Below, one piece after another: positions 36,063-46,504 of a stretch of DNA of 64,000 nt. Numbering within the stretch: position 1 is the stretch's first letter; each line of letters begins with the position of its first letter. The notes beneath the pieces were generated by a model, which saw only the letters and a program-made list of their open reading frames with translations, searched no databases and was not told where the DNA came from. The position numbers and the translations under genes were made by a program. The DNA comes from an uncultured Gammaproteobacteria bacterium (GTDB lineage Bacteria > Patescibacteriota > Microgenomatia > UBA8517): contig CAZRGC010000003.1 in assembly GCA_964599625.1 (NCBI GenBank), positions 3,816-67,815 of the forward strand, read 5' to 3'.

Positions 36063-37118
36063 TTATGCTATTTTAGCCCTGGGATCTCTGTCAATTTTTG
36101 AGATATCCAAAAAGTCAGACAAATTTGTATCTTTGTGTTTTAAGTAGGCACACACACCAATCATAGCAGCATTATCACCGTAAAGTTTTTTGGAGTAAGG
36201 TGTAACCAATTTGAATTTATATTTTTTTCCAACTTTTCTTAAAAGATTTCTTATCAAAGCGTTGTTTCCCACACCCCCGCCCAAAAACATTTGGCTGTAG
36301 TTTAAGCCTTTATCCTCAATTATGTGGCTTATGGTACGGATTAAATGTTTAAAAGCAGAATTTTGGAATTCTGCAGAAAGATTGTAAATTTCCTCCTTGG
36401 AAGGGAAGTTGGAGTCGTGAATTTTTTGAGAACTAATATAGCGCATGAGGGACGTTTTAAGTCCCGAATAGCTAAACATCATGCGTTTTTCCTGTCCCAG
36501 TAGGGGTACGGGAAGTGTAAAAGTATGAGGTGTTTGTAACTTTGCCATCTTTTCCATAACCGATGCTCCCGGATACCCAAGCCCTAACATTCTGGCAGCT
36601 TTATCTAGGGCTTCACCCAGCGCATCGTCTTGTGTTTGTGCCAAAATTTTATATTCACCCAGATTAACAATTTCAACAAAGAGAGTGTTTCCTCCGGAAA
36701 TAGCCAAGCCATAGGCGGGGAAAAGGGTGTCTTTCTGTTTGGTTTGGTCCTGAGATGTGGCCAGTGGACTCAATAAATGCGCTTCTATGTGGTTTATTGG
36801 GAGCAAGGGGAGGTTGTGAATCTTGGCAATTAACTTGGCTTTGGATATTCCGACACCCAGAGCAATTGACAAACCTGGGCCAAAAGTTACAGCAATTGCG
36901 GTTAGATCTTTATATTTGGTTTTTGCAGTTTTTAAAGCTTTTTCGACAACAAAATCAATTCGTTCTTCGTGCATTCTTTGCGCCAAACTGGGCATGACGC
37001 CACCAAATTCAGCATGGGAAGCTGCTTGTGACCATATAATATTGCTCAACACTTTTTGATTGTCCGTTACAGCAGCTGCTGTTTCGTCGCACGAAGTGTC
37101 AATTGCAAGTATTTTCAT
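36063..37118 (-). CDS. tsaD: tRNA N6-adenosine threonylcarbamoyltransferase TsaD (Kae1/Gcp)
   Basis: MKILAIDTSCDETAAAV..., HAEFGGVMPSLAQRMHEE (metal-binding His pair), VTFGPGLSIALGVG. Start taken at the ATG at 37118. Confidence 0.85.
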   Translation of the reverse strand: MKILAIDTSCDETAAAVTDNQKVLSNIIWSQAASHAEFGGVMPSLAQRMHEERIDFVVEKALKTAKTKYKDLTAIAVTFGPGLSIALGVGISKAKLIAKIHNLPLLPINHIEAHLLSPLATSQDQTKQKDTLFPAYGLAISGGNTLFVEIVNLGEYKILAQTQDDALGEALDKAARMLGLGYPGASVMEKMAKLQTPHTFTLPVPLLGQEKRMMFSYSGLKTSLMRYISSQKIHDSNFPSKEEIYNLSAEFQNSAFKHLIRTISHIIEDKGLNYSQMFLGGGVGNNALIRNLLRKVGKKYKFKLVTPYSKKLYGDNAAMIGVCAYLKHKDTNLSDFLDISKIDRDPRAKIA

Positions 37119-37192
37119 ACCCGATTTTACCATTTTAGATTCGAAGCCGGCAAAACCCTGTAATTTCGACAGAAAAGTGCTAATCTTGCAAA

Positions 37193-37453
37193 ATGAAAGA
37201 AAAACTTTACGCTTCGGTTGAAAAACTGTTTAAAGAACAAGCACCCGACCTCTTGGAGTTTTTGGAGTCTGACGATCCTTTTTGGAAGCAAGTTAAGGAT
37301 AATTCAATAACAGATGCTGAGCTAGACGGCCATCAGATGCTTATGGAAGAACTTGGAATGTTTGATCAGAAATCTGCAGTGGCTAAGGCTGTCCAGGTAA
37401 TCAAGGAAGCAAGAAAGAAAAATCTCCCTACTCCTTTGAGTTACACTTTTTGA
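37193..37453 (+). CDS. Small acidic hypothetical protein (86 aa)
   Basis: ORF with plausible spacing. No recognisable motif. Confidence 0.35.
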   Translation: MKEKLYASVEKLFKEQAPDLLEFLESDDPFWKQVKDNSITDAELDGHQMLMEELGMFDQKSAVAKAVQVIKEARKKNLPTPLSYTF

Positions 37454-37950
37454 GTGTAAAGCAGAGCCGTCGCCTCGTCGACCTTATAGTAAACACCAAC
37501 GCTTGTTGGAGAATAATTTAGGACACTTTGGTTAATTTCTCCGGCCATATCAAAGTTAGACTTAACATCTTTTGATCTACGTACAGTTATGTGTGGAACA
37601 AAAGGCAGGTTGATGTTGTTAAATTTATATAGCTCACTTTCAAAATTGGTTCGAAGTTGTTCCATTCCTGGTTTTGATTTAACTTTAGCAACAAAAGTAT
37701 TTCCATTTGGTCCAATAAAATCAAGCTTGTATGGTTCAAGAATTGTGTTTTTAAGGATATTGGGATCACTTTTCATTACAGCCTTTATGTTTTCTAGATC
37801 TTCTTCTGAAATTTCTCCCAGAAAATACATCGTCATATGGTAGAACTTTCTGTGTTTATTAAGAGATTTGAGCCAATTAAGAAGAGGGCTTTCTTTTATT
37901 GGTATGGCTATGTATGCGTCTCTGAATGTTTCTTTCATATTACAAAACAC
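37441..37950 (-). CDS. 2H phosphoesterase family protein (LigT/ThpR-like RNA 2',3'-cyclic phosphodiesterase)
   Basis: Two H-x-T/S motifs (YHMTMYFLG and VPHITVRR) at the spacing typical of the 2H superfamily. Confidence 0.55.
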   Translation of the reverse strand: MFCNMKETFRDAYIAIPIKESPLLNWLKSLNKHRKFYHMTMYFLGEISEEDLENIKAVMKSDPNILKNTILEPYKLDFIGPNGNTFVAKVKSKPGMEQLRTNFESELYKFNNINLPFVPHITVRRSKDVKSNFDMAGEINQSVLNYSPTSVGVYYKVDEATALLYTQKV

Positions 37951-38995
37951 CCCAACTTATCAATCTGTCGTTATTATTTTTTCCGGATTTGATATTAATC
38001 CATATAACAACTGCCTCCTCATCATACTTTTTTATCTCGTCATTGACTCTGTCGGCCCATTCAATTGATATCACAGATTTGTTTTTTATCAAGTCTGAGA
38101 AGCCTAAGTCTGTAAGCTGGTTGCTGTTTTCAAGCCGCCAGGCGTCAAAGTGAAAAAGTTTTATTGCACCCACTACATATTCGTTTTCAACTGCATAGGT
38201 TGGGGAAGTTACTAACTCACTTATTCCCATGGCTTTTGCCAAACCTTTTGTAAATTGTGTTTTTCCTGCACCCATTTCTCCTGTAAGCGCAAAAACGACA
38301 GCCCTTTTTCCTTGATATGATTCATACTTCTGCCAAATTTCCTTTCCTGCATTTTGAGTATTTTCTTCGCTTCTGCTTAATACTTCATTTTTGTCAGATA
38401 ATCTGAAATCCCCTTGCCTTAAAACTATTGTATCGTCTGCTGTTGTGTCTATAACGGTTGATGGCTCATTTTTGGGAAGATCACCAGCGTCTATTACCAG
38501 TCCTATTAAGTTTTTTTGTTTCCGGCTTATGTTGTTGAAAATATCTGATATTTTGTAGGGGCGTTTTTGATACGAAGCGTTTGCGCTTGTGGCGACTATG
38601 GGCCGCCCAAAACTTTTTATAAGCTCAATCATGAAGGGAAAGTCGGGAATTCTTACCCCCAAAGTTCCTGCTTCAGACTGGACTCCGGGTGCAACTTTGT
38701 TTTTGCCTTTCGAAACAACAGTAATGGGACCGGGTAAAAATTTATCGTAGAGGTTGTTTGCCGCTTCGTTGATGTGCACATATTGCGAGGCCATTTCCTT
38801 ACTATCACACATAATTGCATACGGTTTACCAAACGGTCTTTTTTTATATTCATTAAGCTTTTTGACTGCTTCCGGGTTTTGGGAATCAACAGCTACTCCA
38901 TAAACTGTTTCGCAAGGGAATATCACAATCGAACCGAGGGACAGCTCAGAGACTGCCTTTTCCAGACCTTGTTTATTTGGGACAACTGTGACCAT
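37940..38995 (-). CDS. Fusion protein: N-terminal TsaC/YrdC/Sua5 (threonylcarbamoyl-AMP synthase) plus C-terminal TsaE (YjeE P-loop ATPase)
   Basis: N-terminal half IVIFPCETVYGVAVDSQN...RPFGKPYAIMC...GPITVVSK...IVATSANASY is the YrdC fold. C-terminal half VVFALTGEMGAGKTQFTKGLAKAMG...VTSPTYAVENEY is the TsaE Walker A plus SPTY motif. Confidence 0.65.
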   Translation of the reverse strand: MVTVVPNKQGLEKAVSELSLGSIVIFPCETVYGVAVDSQNPEAVKKLNEYKKRPFGKPYAIMCDSKEMASQYVHINEAANNLYDKFLPGPITVVSKGKNKVAPGVQSEAGTLGVRIPDFPFMIELIKSFGRPIVATSANASYQKRPYKISDIFNNISRKQKNLIGLVIDAGDLPKNEPSTVIDTTADDTIVLRQGDFRLSDKNEVLSRSEENTQNAGKEIWQKYESYQGKRAVVFALTGEMGAGKTQFTKGLAKAMGISELVTSPTYAVENEYVVGAIKLFHFDAWRLENSNQLTDLGFSDLIKNKSVISIEWADRVNDEIKKYDEEAVVIWINIKSGKNNNDRLISWGVL

Positions 38996-39037
38996 GAGGC
39001 TATTTTACACCACAAGCTTCCAATTCTTAAGTTTTGT

Positions 39038-40798
39038 TCATCTGGCTGGGCCGGTTCCACGAAGATATACTGCTTGCCATGGTCTGTAGTTAGAAATAAA
39101 TGTTTTTTTGAAAATCTCTTCACCGTTTTTTGAAACAGAATAATCAAAAACTACCCTTGCCCCAGCAGCTTTGAAATCAATCTGTTTTACAACACCAACA
39201 GGAAGACTTGGGTCGTCTTGGTACCTATCTTCTGGTGCTGGTACAACCCTGGATATTATTGGTTTTGAAACCTTTGCAATCCTCCCGTCTTTGGTCCCGT
39301 ATAGCTCAAACGTAAGACTATATCGTTTGGTGTCGGTTTTTGTCTGGATAAGGATGTAGTTCCCTGTGTCGTTGGTAAATTTCAAATCTGGTGTTGGGCC
39401 GTATACAGTCGCATCAAGACCCGGAGGTGAGTTTTGTTCGTAGTAGCCCACTCTATAAGCATGGGGCGATCTTTCTACGATTGGCAAACCTGCGTTTAAA
39501 AGTGCTCTGAATAGTGTTGTTGAAACCTGACAAACTCCACCACCGTCACCGAGTATGGTTTTACCGCCGCTTATTATGTAAGCCTGTTGGTAACCGGTAA
39601 ATTGTGAAACATCACCAAGCGCTTCATTAAAGGAAAATGTTTCACCTGGGGCAACCAATATCCCGTTAATCCTGGATGCCGCAAGCGCAACATTGTGGAC
39701 ACGCGAAGGTATCGAGTGAAAATAAGTTGTAGTTGCCTCTGAGATAAGTTCTTTTATGCCAAGGTTGTTCACTTTATCTGTAGAGATTTCTGGAGGTGTT
39801 TTTTCAACAGGAATTTCTATAACCACATCTTTGACACCGCTTGTTTCAAGTTCCAATAAATTATTGGTGAGTGTCGCCAACAATTTGTCTTTTTGGACTT
39901 TTATCCCCGGAAGCGCGGGTTGAAATTCTGTTACCCTACCGTCTACGAATACAAATTTTGGATTTTGAGGATCACTTTCCAAACCTTTTGACACTTTCTC
40001 AATAATTTGAAGCAATTTATCCAAATCAAGTCCGTTTTTTGTATCTAAAGCTTTAACAATGTCTAGATCCTTCAATTGATAATTGAATTTTTCGAATTTT
40101 AATTCTACAGACCTTCCGAGGTATTTTTCTGCTCTGGACTTTAACTCCTGAGCCTCCGATTCTGAAAGCTGGTTGTTAATAAGATCAGAAGGTACAAGTA
40201 TGTCGTCTGATTGTGCAAAAGCGACTGCCCAACCTATGGCCGCGCGTAACCTCACCTGATCAACTTCGTTTCCGGATTGGCCTTTGTTGACAATAATCTT
40301 TCCGTTAATAACATTAACCGAAGGATCAATTGGTTCTTGTGAGTTTTGTCCAGAAATAACAGAAATAACTTTTTCAATATTTGTTTCGTTAAAGGTAACT
40401 ATTAGACCTATGTTTTTGTCGGATTTGGTAATAGCAAGCCTGGTTCGAATATCTTCTAAAATACTTCCACTTCGTCCGATATGCATAGCTCTTGAAACAC
40501 TTTTGGGCAAATCATATTTAGCTTCGATGTCTTTAGTGTTTAGGGAGTATATTTGTGTTTGGCCTACGATTTTAATCTTCTCTGGCATGTGGATATTTTC
40601 TTTAAGTCTGTCTTGAGCAGATTGGCTATCCAAACCTCCCAGATCTACCCCCGCAACTTTGATGTTTGGATAAATCTTGTTTTCGTATTTCCAGAAATAT
40701 GAAGCCAGGCAGGATCCTGCAACAACAACTGCAAATAAAATAAAGTGTAAAGGGCGAAGAGGTGTCTTTTTAAACAAAGGGAGTATTAATCTTCCCAT
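39038..40798 (-). CDS. VanW-family membrane-anchored protein
   Basis: N-terminal TM helix. C-terminal region ...SGGKTILGDGGGVCQVSTTLFRALLNAGLPIVER is characteristic of the VanW domain. Confidence 0.65.
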   Translation of the reverse strand: MGRLILPLFKKTPLRPLHFILFAVVVAGSCLASYFWKYENKIYPNIKVAGVDLGGLDSQSAQDRLKENIHMPEKIKIVGQTQIYSLNTKDIEAKYDLPKSVSRAMHIGRSGSILEDIRTRLAITKSDKNIGLIVTFNETNIEKVISVISGQNSQEPIDPSVNVINGKIIVNKGQSGNEVDQVRLRAAIGWAVAFAQSDDILVPSDLINNQLSESEAQELKSRAEKYLGRSVELKFEKFNYQLKDLDIVKALDTKNGLDLDKLLQIIEKVSKGLESDPQNPKFVFVDGRVTEFQPALPGIKVQKDKLLATLTNNLLELETSGVKDVVIEIPVEKTPPEISTDKVNNLGIKELISEATTTYFHSIPSRVHNVALAASRINGILVAPGETFSFNEALGDVSQFTGYQQAYIISGGKTILGDGGGVCQVSTTLFRALLNAGLPIVERSPHAYRVGYYEQNSPPGLDATVYGPTPDLKFTNDTGNYILIQTKTDTKRYSLTFELYGTKDGRIAKVSKPIISRVVPAPEDRYQDDPSLPVGVVKQIDFKAAGARVVFDYSVSKNGEEIFKKTFISNYRPWQAVYLRGTGPAR

Positions 40799-40843
40799 GT
40801 CGATATGATAACATTTGTATAGGGCTTACGGCCAAATATTTAT

Positions 40844-42250
40844 ATGCCACCAGAAAACTTTCAGGCACAACCTCAAATTGCTACCCAGGGGGTGAGCCCG
40901 CAACAACCCCCGGTTGGGTCAGTGGCTCCACCACCGCCCAAAAAAGAGTTTCCCAAAATGGCTATTTTTGCAATAGTTGGCATAGTAGTTTTGATAATAA
41001 TTTTTTTGGTAGTTAAACTTTTTACTTCAAAGGGAAAATCATCAACAGTTAGCCTTACTTGGTGGGGTTTGTGGGAGGATGAATCGACAGTGTCCTCGCT
41101 TATATCTGGGTACGAGTCTCAACATCCCAACGTTAAGATCTCATATGTTAGACAGTCCCCGCAGGACTACAGAGAGAGACTTACAAGCGCAATGGCCAAA
41201 GGTAGCGGGCCGGACCTTTTTAGATTCCACAACACTTGGGTTCCAATGTTCAGAAACGACTTGGACACCTTGCCTTCAGGAGTAATGAATGCTGCTGATT
41301 TTGCCAAAAATTTTTACCCTATTTCTTCTGCAGACTTGACTAGCGGCACCGGGATTGTAGGAATACCCTTGGAATATGATGCTTTGACACTTTATATAAA
41401 CGAAGACATATTTAATAAATCCGGAAAAACACCGCCCCAAACTTGGGATGAACTTAGGCTCTTGGCACGTGAACTTACCGTCAAAGACGATCAGAACAAT
41501 ATTACACAGGCCGGCGTTGCATTGGGTAGGACCGAGAACGTTGATCATTGGCCGGAAATAGTTGCACTTTTAATGCTTCAAAACGGTGTTGATTTATCAA
41601 ATCCAATTGGAAAAAACGCAGAAGATGCCCTAACATTTTTTACTGTTTTTTCTACACTGGATGGTGTTTGGGATGCTACACTCCCAACCTCAACTCAAAC
41701 ATTTGCAGCTGGCAAACTGGCCATGTATATTGGACCGTCGTGGAGGTCGTTTGAAATATCCCTTCAAAACCCGACACTCAAGTACAAAACAGTACCGATA
41801 CCCCAGCTTCCAAAAGATAGTCCAAACCAGCCAGATATAACCTACGCAACCTATTGGGCAGAAGGTGTTTGGTCAAAAAGCAAAAACAAATCGGCTGCCT
41901 GGGACTTTCTTAAGTTTATGACTACTCAGGAAAATTTGCAGAAGTTTTATACCAACGCAACCAAACTTAGAACCTTTGGTGAGCCATACCCCAGACCGGA
42001 CATGAACGGTCTTTTAATAGATCACCCGATTTTGGGATCCATTATTCAACAAGCACCTGGCGCTCAGAGTTGGTATCTGGCCTCAAGAACCTTTGATGGT
42101 CCTACAGGGATAAATACGCAGCTGGCCAACTATTTCGGCGATGCCGTCAATACACTTGTTGACAACAAAGACACTGTTGATAAAGCCATGGAGACTGTTG
42201 CTGCAGGTGTCCAACAAGTCCTTACCCAATACCGCCTTATTGCCAAATAA
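40844..42250 (+). CDS. Extracellular solute-binding protein (ABC sugar-binding, SBP family 1), membrane-anchored
   Basis: N-terminal TM anchor, then WWGLWEDES...ESQHPNVKISYVRQSPQDY...GSGPDLFRFHNTWVPMF, typical of SBP_bac_1. No permease or ATPase genes are adjacent. Confidence 0.6.
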   Translation: MPPENFQAQPQIATQGVSPQQPPVGSVAPPPPKKEFPKMAIFAIVGIVVLIIIFLVVKLFTSKGKSSTVSLTWWGLWEDESTVSSLISGYESQHPNVKISYVRQSPQDYRERLTSAMAKGSGPDLFRFHNTWVPMFRNDLDTLPSGVMNAADFAKNFYPISSADLTSGTGIVGIPLEYDALTLYINEDIFNKSGKTPPQTWDELRLLARELTVKDDQNNITQAGVALGRTENVDHWPEIVALLMLQNGVDLSNPIGKNAEDALTFFTVFSTLDGVWDATLPTSTQTFAAGKLAMYIGPSWRSFEISLQNPTLKYKTVPIPQLPKDSPNQPDITYATYWAEGVWSKSKNKSAAWDFLKFMTTQENLQKFYTNATKLRTFGEPYPRPDMNGLLIDHPILGSIIQQAPGAQSWYLASRTFDGPTGINTQLANYFGDAVNTLVDNKDTVDKAMETVAAGVQQVLTQYRLIAK

Positions 42251-43104
42251 TGTTCAATCCGCAGCCTATCGTTGTTAAAAGTATCACCGGAAAAGAAAAG
42301 TTGACAAACGGGGAGAAGTTCTCTGTTATCTATCACGACATCTTCGATTATCCATTGGATTTTGCGGACCTGGTGCGTTGGAAAGCATCTGAAAATTCAC
42401 CGAAGTTAAAGAAACTGACATCAATTAAAGATTCTCACCTGTTTGTTCAAGGAAGATCGGGTCTTGTTTACAAGAAACAACTTAGAAAAAGAATTTCAGC
42501 AAAAAAAATGTTGATTGCCAGAAAAGCATCTGTTGTGCTTTCTAAAATACCATTTGTTAAGCTGGTGGGTTTGACCGGGTCGCTTTCTATGAACAACGCA
42601 ACTGAAGATGGTGACATAGACTTGTTGATTGTTACCTCAAAAGATTTATTGTGGACGACAAGAATTTTAGGACATTTGGCTTTGGTTTTGTGTGGCCTAA
42701 AAATTAGGCGGTCGGGAAGTTTTGAACAAAAAAATCGACTATGTTTGAATATGTGGATATCCGAAGACAATCTTGCTTGGAAATATAAACGAAATTATTA
42801 CACCTCCCACGAGCTTGCTCAGATTGTTCCACTCTATAGCAAAGGTAAAATTTTTGAAAAGATGCTTTGGGATAATAGATGGATACTTAAGTATTGGCCT
42901 AACTCAGTAAAAATTAACCCCCCAAGGCACGCAAAAATCAACCAAAGACCAAATACACTTTGGTTATTTGTTGAAAAATTGGCTTTTAAAATACAATACA
43001 ACCACATGAAGAATAAAATTAGTCGTGAAGTAGTAAAAAGTAATATTGCTCTTTTTCATCCTCACGATTGGGGATTGTTTGTTGAAGCCCGACTTTCCTC
43101 TTGA
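42250..43104 (+). CDS. Putative nucleotidyltransferase-fold protein
   Basis: VGLTGSLSMNNATEDGDIDLLIV resembles the GS...DxD signature of the Pol-beta-like nucleotidyltransferase superfamily. Confidence 0.35.
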   Translation: MFNPQPIVVKSITGKEKLTNGEKFSVIYHDIFDYPLDFADLVRWKASENSPKLKKLTSIKDSHLFVQGRSGLVYKKQLRKRISAKKMLIARKASVVLSKIPFVKLVGLTGSLSMNNATEDGDIDLLIVTSKDLLWTTRILGHLALVLCGLKIRRSGSFEQKNRLCLNMWISEDNLAWKYKRNYYTSHELAQIVPLYSKGKIFEKMLWDNRWILKYWPNSVKINPPRHAKINQRPNTLWLFVEKLAFKIQYNHMKNKISREVVKSNIALFHPHDWGLFVEARLSS

Positions 43105-43182
43105 CAGTTAAATTTTCAATTAATAAAATAGCACTCAGTTAGTTTGAATGCTAGAAAGGTCTGAGTTAAAAACAAACTTAAA

Positions 43183-43476
43183 ATGGCAAAGCTAAATCTT
43201 AAACCAACAGCAGGGTATTTGTTAATTGAGCCGGTTGAGGCAGCAACAAAAACTGCATCTGGCATCTATCTACCCGACACTTCAACAGAAAAACCGCAAA
43301 AAGGTAAGGTGTTGTCAGCTGGACCAGCATCCTACCAAGATGGACAGAAAATCGACGCCCCTGCAAAAGAAGGTGAAGTGGTTTTTTACAAAAAATGGGG
43401 AGGAAACGAGGTTAAGATTGAAGGCAAGGAATATTTGTTCGTTAAGTTCGAGGATGTTATGGCGGTAGAAAACTAA
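43183..43476 (+). CDS. groES: Co-chaperonin GroES
   Basis: 97 aa. [28 protein letters not shown]...GKVLSAG...[12 protein letters not shown]. Confidence 0.9.
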   Translation: MAKLNLKPTAGYLLIEPVEAATKTASGIYLPDTSTEKPQKGKVLSAGPASYQDGQKIDAPAKEGEVVFYKKWGGNEVKIEGKEYLFVKFEDVMAVEN

Positions 43477-43483
43477 TAAAAAA

Positions 43484-45112
43484 ATGGCAAAACAACTTAA
43501 ATTTGGTAAGGATGCAAGAGAGGCCTTGATGGTTGGTATCGACACTGTTGCAAAAGCAGTCGTAACAACACTGGGGCCTAAAGGAAGAAATATTGCTTTG
43601 GACAAAAAATGGGGAGCTCCAAGTATTGTTCACGACGGTGTTTCGGTAGCTAAAGAGATTGATCTACCGGATCCGTTTCAAAACATGGGTGCCCAGCTAG
43701 TTAAAGAAGCAGCCAACAAAACAAACGACAATGCCGGTGACGGAACCACAACATCAACTTTACTTGCAAAGGAACTAACCTCAAAAGGTATGAAGAAGGT
43801 TGATTCTGGTTCAAATCCGATGATTATCAAAAAAGGTATGGAGAAAGCTGTAGAGGCTGTTGTTGTTGAACTTAAGAAAATGGCTAAGCCGATAAAACGT
43901 GAGGATGAAATAACTCAAGTCGCGACAATATCAGCAGGTGATTCGGTAATTGGAGAGAAAATTGCCGAGGCGCTTAACAAAGTTGGACGTGATGGTGTGG
44001 TAACTGTAGAAGAAGGTAAAGGGTTAACAATTGACATTGAATACAAGGAGGGTATGGAGTTTGATAGGGGTTATGCGTCTGCTTATATGGTTACCAACGC
44101 AGACAAAATGGAATCAGAGATTGAAAATCCGTATATTTTGATTACAGACAAGAAAATTACTTCGATTCAAGACCTTTTACCGTTTTTGGAAAAGTTTGTA
44201 AAAGTAAGCAAAAGCTTGGTTATATTGGCAGACGAAATTGAGGGTGAAGCTTTGGCCACTTTGGTTTTGAACAAGCTTAGGGGCACCTTTAACGTCTTGG
44301 CGATCAAAGCACCAGGGTTTGGAGATAGAAGAAAAGAAATGTTGGAAGACATAGCAGCACTTACCGGTGGGACGGTAATATCCGAAGACACAGGAAGAAA
44401 TTTTGAATCTATCGAAGTGACAGATCTTGGTAGAGCGGATAAGGTTTGGGCAGACAAAGATAATACCAGAATAATTGGTGGTAAGGGTGACAAAGGGGTT
44501 ATAGATGCAAGGATTGCCTCAATCAAAAAGCAAATCTCTGCAGTTGATTCAGATTTTGATCGCGAAAAACTTGAAGAAAGATTGGCGAAGCTTTCCGGGG
44601 GTGTGGCTCAAATAAATGTAGGTGCTGCTACCGAAGTGGAACTTAATGATAAAAAAGAGAGAGTCAAAGATGCAGTGGGTGCCACCAAGGCCGCTGTGGA
44701 AGAGGGTATTGTACCAGGAGGTGAAACAGCACTTCTCAGAGCCAGAGCTGCACTTAAAGCTTTGAAGGTGGAAAAAGGAGATGAGCAGGTAGGTGTCGAT
44801 ATAGTTTATGAAGCTTTGGAAGAGCCTATTAAATGGCTCTCTAAAAACGCAGGCGATAACGAAGAAGATGTCCTTAAGAAAGTTTCTGAATCAAAAGATG
44901 CTGACTTTGGTTACAACGCACTTACAGGTGAGTTTGGATCTATGACCAAATTTGGAATAATTGACCCCGTTAAGGTAACGAGAAGCGCCCTACAAAACGC
45001 TGCAAGTGTTGCTATGATGGTACTTACGACCGAAGGGCTTGTTACAGATATACCTGAAGAAAAGAAAGAGCCTGTAATGCCTCCCGGCGGAATGGGTGGA
45101 ATGGATTATTAA
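43484..45112 (+). CDS. groEL: Chaperonin GroEL
   Basis: [36 protein letters not shown]...[11 protein letters not shown], and a C-terminal GGM repeat ([10 protein letters not shown]). Confidence 0.95.
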   Translation: MAKQLKFGKDAREALMVGIDTVAKAVVTTLGPKGRNIALDKKWGAPSIVHDGVSVAKEIDLPDPFQNMGAQLVKEAANKTNDNAGDGTTTSTLLAKELTSKGMKKVDSGSNPMIIKKGMEKAVEAVVVELKKMAKPIKREDEITQVATISAGDSVIGEKIAEALNKVGRDGVVTVEEGKGLTIDIEYKEGMEFDRGYASAYMVTNADKMESEIENPYILITDKKITSIQDLLPFLEKFVKVSKSLVILADEIEGEALATLVLNKLRGTFNVLAIKAPGFGDRRKEMLEDIAALTGGTVISEDTGRNFESIEVTDLGRADKVWADKDNTRIIGGKGDKGVIDARIASIKKQISAVDSDFDREKLEERLAKLSGGVAQINVGAATEVELNDKKERVKDAVGATKAAVEEGIVPGGETALLRARAALKALKVEKGDEQVGVDIVYEALEEPIKWLSKNAGDNEEDVLKKVSESKDADFGYNALTGEFGSMTKFGIIDPVKVTRSALQNAASVAMMVLTTEGLVTDIPEEKKEPVMPPGGMGGMDY

Positions 45113-45137
45113 GTAGCCTTTCTATTACAATTGCCTA

Positions 45138-45725
45138 ATGTGGCAGGAAGCCGAAAATTTTCTCCAAAAAGATAAATATATATCACCACTTATCAAAAAA
45201 TGGGGTCATTGTACTGTTAAGATCAGCAAACATAACGACTACTTCGAGGATATATGCTCAAATATTGTAGGCCAACAATTGTCAGGAAAGGCTGCTGATA
45301 CGATTTTTGCCAGATTCAAAGCCGCTGTGGGTGGAAAAGTGACACCCGAATCTGTTCTGGGCACAGATGGACAGTTGCTAAGAGATGCAGGTATGAGTTG
45401 GGGCAAAGTTTCCTTCGTGAAGGATTTGGCTCAGAAGACAAAATCCGGGGAACTTCAAACTAAAAAGCTTTATGATTTACCAGATGATGAGGTTATCAAG
45501 GAAATGGTTGCAGTTAAAGGAATCGGGCTTTGGACTGCACAGATGTTTTTGATGTTTTCTTTGGGTAGAGCAGATGTTTTTCCCACAGACGACTTGGGCA
45601 TTAGAAAAGGCTTTGAAAAGATAACGGGGCAGAGTCTGTCAGGAAAAGAAATGTTAGCTTTTTCTGAGAGATGGAGACCTTATAGAACTGTAGCCTCTTG
45701 GTATATTTGGCGAAGCCTGGATTAG
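45138..45725 (+). CDS. HhH-GPD family DNA glycosylase (AlkA/3-methyladenine glycosylase II-like)
   Basis: NIVGQQLSGKAADTIFARF...MVAVKGIGLWTAQMFLMFSLGRADVFPTDDLGIRKG, i.e. the helix-hairpin-helix plus Gly/Pro-Asp loop. Confidence 0.7.
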   Translation: MWQEAENFLQKDKYISPLIKKWGHCTVKISKHNDYFEDICSNIVGQQLSGKAADTIFARFKAAVGGKVTPESVLGTDGQLLRDAGMSWGKVSFVKDLAQKTKSGELQTKKLYDLPDDEVIKEMVAVKGIGLWTAQMFLMFSLGRADVFPTDDLGIRKGFEKITGQSLSGKEMLAFSERWRPYRTVASWYIWRSLD

Positions 45726-46405
45726 CGAGTTATAAATGAAAGCGGGTTGAGTGCTGCTCCGTTTGAGCGAATTTCAATATGCAAGTGTGGGCCTGTAGCG
45801 TGCCCGGTGCGCCCAAGTTGTCCGACCTGTGTGTCCATGGTTATTTCCTGACCTTCTTTAACTTCAATCTTGGATAAATGTGCATAAAGCGAAGTCAACC
45901 CGTCACCATGGTCGACTACAACATTATTGCCGTATCCGTCGGTTGAATAACCTGCGAATACCACGCGACCGGGCTTCACTGATTTGACCGGAAGTCCGAT
46001 AGGCCCACCTAAATCAAGGCCAGGATGAAAATAGCTGTAGCTTTGGTTTACTTTAATGTAGGCAAGTGGATTTTGAAGGCTTTTTTCCGTTACGAGGCTG
46101 GTTTGTGGCTGAACCACTACCTGATCTTCCGGCTCCTGGGCGACTACCGCCCCCTGGGGAATAAAAGAAGATCCCAAAATAAACATCGCAAGACTGCCGC
46201 CAAATATCTTTTGAATGTTTTTATGTTCAAAAACGTGCCTAAAGTATCTTCCAACAATGCTGCCCGATTTGTACTTTTTCTTTACTTTTTCGAGGCTGGG
46301 AAGAATAGGCTCATCCACAAGAGGTTTACGCCTTCTTACTAACTTAAGGTGTACCTGAAGGCGGTACTTTGGCAGTTCTAGGCTCAATTTTTTCATCTTC
46401 GGCAC
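45722..46405 (-). CDS. M23 family metallopeptidase (LytM-like)
   Basis: HPGLDLGG...GYGNNVVVDHGDGLTSLYAHLS...GRTGHATGPHLHIEI, the HxxxD and HxH motifs of M23. Confidence 0.8.
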   Translation of the reverse strand: MPKMKKLSLELPKYRLQVHLKLVRRRKPLVDEPILPSLEKVKKKYKSGSIVGRYFRHVFEHKNIQKIFGGSLAMFILGSSFIPQGAVVAQEPEDQVVVQPQTSLVTEKSLQNPLAYIKVNQSYSYFHPGLDLGGPIGLPVKSVKPGRVVFAGYSTDGYGNNVVVDHGDGLTSLYAHLSKIEVKEGQEITMDTQVGQLGRTGHATGPHLHIEIRSNGAALNPLSFITR

Positions 46406-46428
46406 TTAAAAGCCTGTGCCTGGCTCAC

Positions 46429-46451
46429 AAAAAAACCCGCCTTTTCGCGGG
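46429..46451 (-). terminator. Rho-independent terminator (minus strand)
   Basis: Minus-strand CCCGCGAAAAGGCGGG (plus-strand 46436-46451), a 5-bp GC stem with a 6-nt loop, followed by UUUUUUU (plus-strand A-run 46429-46435). Lies downstream of the 46505 gene. Confidence 0.5.
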
Positions 46452-46504
46452 AAGACGCAATTTTAAAGTATGAAAAGGGCCAAAGTCAAGTTTTGGTGAG
46501 ATTT

